The translations under genes and the position numbers were made by a program. The notes beneath the pieces were generated by a model. It made no database searches, was not told the origin of the DNA, and was given only the letters and a program-made list of their open reading frames with translations. Of a stretch of 64,000 nucleotides of DNA, positions 61,931 to 64,000 are shown in pieces. The stretch is from Phoronis australis (lineage: Eukaryota > Animalia > Phoronida): assembly GCA_002633005.1 (NCBI GenBank), contig NMRA01000062.1, positions 543,981 through 607,980 on the forward strand, given 5' to 3'. How positions within the stretch are numbered: the first letter of the stretch is position 1; each line of letters starts with the position of its first letter.

Positions 61931-64000
61931 ATAGCAACCATTCTTTCTCTAACGTCTCGCCAACAAAGTTAACCATAGGATGGCCACCAGTTACTGTTTC
62001 GATTTTACGGTAAAACTTTCGCAGAAAAAATGTTTTCGAGCATATGATTAGTTTGACTATCTGGGTCGCAGCTTTCGACCTTGACGGCCAGTGCCGGCCG
62101 GCGGCCGCTGACCGGGTCACGTCCCCTGACGCATTTTTCAACTGGTTAACATGCATATGCAGAGCTTCAATATCCATTCAGATCACAAAGCTACGGCTTA
62201 AAGTACAACACACATTTGAGACTCGATTTTGTAATGACAGAGGTCCTTCTTGTGACATTATGGCAAATAACGTAATCGTTACGTACGTGGCGACAGCAAA
62301 AGAATCCAAAATTCTATGGATACTGGAGTGGTTCGAGGGGTGGCACAGGGGTTAACAAGCCGTGACGGCATAAGTTAAATTTGTGGCGACGGGGGAAGCT
62401 GGCTAATCACGTCGACAACGTCCTTGGACAATTTAGAGCGCCGTGGGATTTGATTCGTTTGTATGGGCACGACGACAAACTCGCGTGCCTGTACAAGCGT
62501 CATGGACCACCTGCTGACGTTGAATATCTAGTCTCCCGTGTCACAGATACCATAATTGACGACTTTTAACCCGCCTTCCGTCGCAAAGAATAAGATTTTA
62601 ACTCAATCTTAATGTGTTATGAAATTGTCCCCGTGTCAAGCTATGAACAAGGTATTTCTAGAATTAGAAAAAAGTGTTACATCTTCGTTATTAGACTGGC
62701 TCTACAACTTCGCTTGTCACAGCGCTAGCCATTTTACGTAACGAGATTGGCCAAGCATGGTCGGCGCAGAACTGAAATAACTGGGGCTATAGCCCCGGCA
62801 CCCAGACCACTATGGTGCGCCGCCCATGTGACCATGGGCAGCCGCTGCACGCCAGCCGACTCAGTGGGGGGCTGTAGCCCCCTATCGTACGCCCCTCATG
62901 ACAAGGAATAATTAATGATCTCAGTTTTTCTTAGCCCGAAAATCACTTCCCATCAGAATTATTAACACGTTGAGATAAGTTTTGCAATGGTATCCGATCT
63001 TACTCAAAGGTTATTTTCTGTCGACCTCACGTTCATTTACGTACGCAGTTATAACTCACAATTCGCGATGAGCTTGCAACGATTTTACACTGACGAGAAT
63101 TTAATAACGCAGCCATGTGCAATAGACAGTAAAATGTTAATGTTTTATTTATAAGCGTCCGTGTATTTGCATCATGTTAAGAATGTTTTTCTTTACAGGG
63201 CGTTAAGAAGAAGCAAATTATGGCAGAGTCAGGCATAAGCAAACAAGTTAAACGATTCGGTTTCGGTTTGAGAGCTTTCAAAAAATTCCCTGAGGTAAGT
63301 CCATAGTATGGGTTACAAATTGTAGGAAACGTGTGTAATGGCTTCACAGAGTAGAAAGAACGGAGATGTGTGCGAACGAGATTCCACTTAGACCGCAGAC
63401 GGTTGGTCATGCTATGCTTTAGACACGATTTCGAAACAGAAACTTCAGCGAGATTAAACGTACATGTACATATCAAACTACACGTTTTTTATACTGGTGA
63501 TGTCATTATCCCCGAGGTTGCTGCTATTACCAATGACGATATTCATGATACAATTTGCAATAATCGATATATGTGTGGCTGAAGCTTTATAGCACGTGCA
63601 ACAAAAAGTTATACCTCCGTGTGAAATTATACCGACATACCGACTTCGTGAGCCGTATTTTAGTGCTTTATTAGTTGTACGTGGTTATCGCATGGTTTTT
63701 ACAAGCACATTTCAAGAGCCAACTGCTTTCATTTTGTTGCTCACCAGAAAACTTAGGGTGGTAATGCGTAGCTATACGTTTGAGCTTTGTCTGAGTCTCT
63801 TACGTCTATGGAATTCAACTGTGGCGACTCTCGTTTGCGAAGGTAGAAATTTAGAGCCGTTGAATCCTCCGTGGTTTACGATTTATTCCAGTATCACTCA
63901 TCTGCCAAGTTTTAGGCCTGCATTTTAAAAATCACTATGTACCAACTGGCATTTTTATTTTGAATTCAATACTGAGTAATACAGCAGCAGTATATACAGT

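Overview
Eukaryotic, intron-rich, repeat-dense genomic DNA that looks like a bilaterian invertebrate; the species cannot be determined from the sequence. It contains one 954-nt assembly gap, and most entries in the ORF track are spurious. One host gene can be fully reconstructed by hand: a 9-coding-exon LIV-1-family ZIP zinc transporter (ZIP6/ZIP10/foi clade) on the + strand, 27133-45914, 569 aa, with all GT-AG junctions phase-compatible. The rest is a layered collection of decayed mobile DNA. It includes a two-gene PIF/Harbinger element in intron 1 and three TTAA-flanked Kolobok-type elements. Two of these form an inverted pair carrying THAP and KolX/P2X7-ballast-like remnants, and one is built from two inverted left ends. 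Also present are a RecQ helicase relic of the AcademH type, two LINE fragments, MITEs with 2-, 3-, 5-, 6- and 8-bp target duplications, tRNA-derived SINE heads and simple repeats. I see no convincing wholly new biological system; the most interesting observations concern transposon architecture.
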